DNA of 5,362 nucleotides from a virus (Duplodnaviria; Heunggongvirae; Uroviricota; Caudoviricetes): IMG/VR virus record IMGVR_UViG_2617270946_000017; one strand, 5' to 3'. Shown piece by piece: positions 4,695 to 5,362 of this stretch (position 1 is its first letter; each line of letters starts with the position of its first letter). The notes under the pieces were generated by a model. It saw only the letters and a program-made list of their open reading frames with translations, ran no database searches and was not told where the DNA came from. The position numbers and the translations under genes were made by a program.

Positions 4695-5267
4695 TCACGG
4701 TACTTTTGGTGACGGAGCTGGTGAGGCAGGAAAATAACGATAAAGGGTGGAAAGGCCAATATCAAATATCAGTGCGATTTGTTTACGGGACTCGCCATTA
4801 GCCAGCAAACGGGCGATTTGCTCCCGCTCTTTCTCTGTCAGTTTCTGAGGTCTGCCGCCATGACGCCCCTGAGCACGGGCAGCAGCAAGACCCGCGCGTG
4901 TACGTTCAATAATGAGTTCCCGCTCCATTTCCGCCAGCGCGCCCATTATATGGAAAAAGAAACGTCCCATGGGAGTGGATGTATCAATATTGTCCGTAAT
5001 GCTGCGGAAGTTAACGCCGCGTTGCCGGAGTTCTTCTGTTAAAAGGACAAGGTGCTGCATACTGCGTCCAAGGCGATCCAGTTTCCAGACCAGCAGGGTA
5101 TCCCCTGGCCGGAGTCGCTTTAATGCGCGTTTAAGTCCGGGACGCTCCCTTGTCTTACCGCTTATTCTGTCTTCGAAAAACAGCTCACATCCTGCACATT
5201 CCAGCGCATTTCTTTGTAGCGCCGTATTCTGGTCATTTGTTGACACCCTGATATACCCAATCAGCAT
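4695..5267 (-). CDS. gin: Serine recombinase, Gin/Hin/Pin/Cin-family DNA invertase (190 aa)
   Basis: N-terminus MLIGYIRVSTNDQN...GDTLLVWKLDRLGRSM...MGRFFFHIMGALAEMERELIIERT matches the invertase family nearly residue for residue as recalled (catalytic Ser in RVSTNDQ), with a C-terminal HTH (RKQIALIFDIGLSTLY). SD AAGGAA lies 5-6 nt upstream of the ATG, and a gix-type site lies about 66 bp upstream. Confidence 0.9.
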   Translation of the reverse strand: MLIGYIRVSTNDQNTALQRNALECAGCELFFEDRISGKTRERPGLKRALKRLRPGDTLLVWKLDRLGRSMQHLVLLTEELRQRGVNFRSITDNIDTSTPMGRFFFHIMGALAEMERELIIERTRAGLAAARAQGRHGGRPQKLTEKEREQIARLLANGESRKQIALIFDIGLSTLYRYFPASPAPSPKVP

Positions 5268-5278
5268 ACGATTTCCTT

Positions 5279-5284
5279 ATTATA
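5279..5284 (-). promoter_or_regulatory. Candidate -10 hexamer (TATAAT, perfect consensus) for the invertase gene
   Basis: Minus-strand TATAAT at 5284-5279, about 12 nt upstream of the SD. No good -35 hexamer at 16-18 bp spacing, so promoter strength is uncertain. Confidence 0.35.
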
Positions 5285-5332
5285 AAAAGCCGGAATTGTC
5301 GCATGAGGAATAAAACAGAGTTAATCCTGGCT

Positions 5333-5358
5333 TTCCTGAAAACCTCGGTTTACGGGAA
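5333..5358. other. gix-type 26-bp invertase crossover site (boundary of an invertible segment that extends beyond the window end)
   Basis: Plus strand TTCCTGAAAACCTCGGTTTACGGGAA is an imperfect palindrome whose central AAAACCTCGGTTTAC is identical to the Mu gix core as recalled (TTATCCAAAACCTCGGTTTACAGGAA), about 22/26 matches overall. It sits immediately upstream of the invertase gene, as in Mu and P1. Confidence 0.75.
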
Positions 5359-5362
5359 ACGG

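Noticed and set aside
4779-5313. Plus-strand ORFs 4779-5042 and 4912-5313 antisense to the invertase gene
   Set aside because: They overlap a near-certain invertase CDS on the opposite strand and show low-complexity Arg/Ser-rich translations typical of antisense frames.
1-5362. CRISPR arrays, tRNA or rRNA genes
   Set aside because: No regularly spaced direct repeats with unique spacers and no cloverleaf-compatible or rRNA-like segments were seen. The short repeats present are accounted for by the prophage end and terminator hairpins.

Overview
This window appears to be the right-hand end of a Mu-like transposable prophage (read on the minus strand) and its junction with host DNA. Order on the minus strand, from 5362 down to 1: a gix-type crossover site (5333-5358, the invertible segment itself lies beyond the window), a Gin-family serine DNA invertase (4695-5267), then a ~3.3 kb accessory insert that classical Mu does not have at this position, then com overlapping mom (1161-1361 and 470-1207), then a non-coding terminal region with 22-bp-spaced TTTGATACCG repeats ending in 5'-TGAAGCGG (element terminus at about 327), then a 3' fragment of a host PTS glucose-family EIICB gene (1-326) that the insertion cut in the KTPGRD linker. 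The accessory insert holds a 637-aa SASA/SGNH-type carbohydrate esterase (NanS-p-like three-part architecture), a strongly RBS-equipped two-gene cassette (60-aa single-pass membrane protein plus 84-aa acidic protein), and a divergent AT-rich 97-aa orphan ORF. The most interesting candidates for an undescribed function are the small two-gene cassette and the esterase, sitting beside the mom anti-restriction module. All homology statements come from reading motifs and recalling family sequences, not from database searches.
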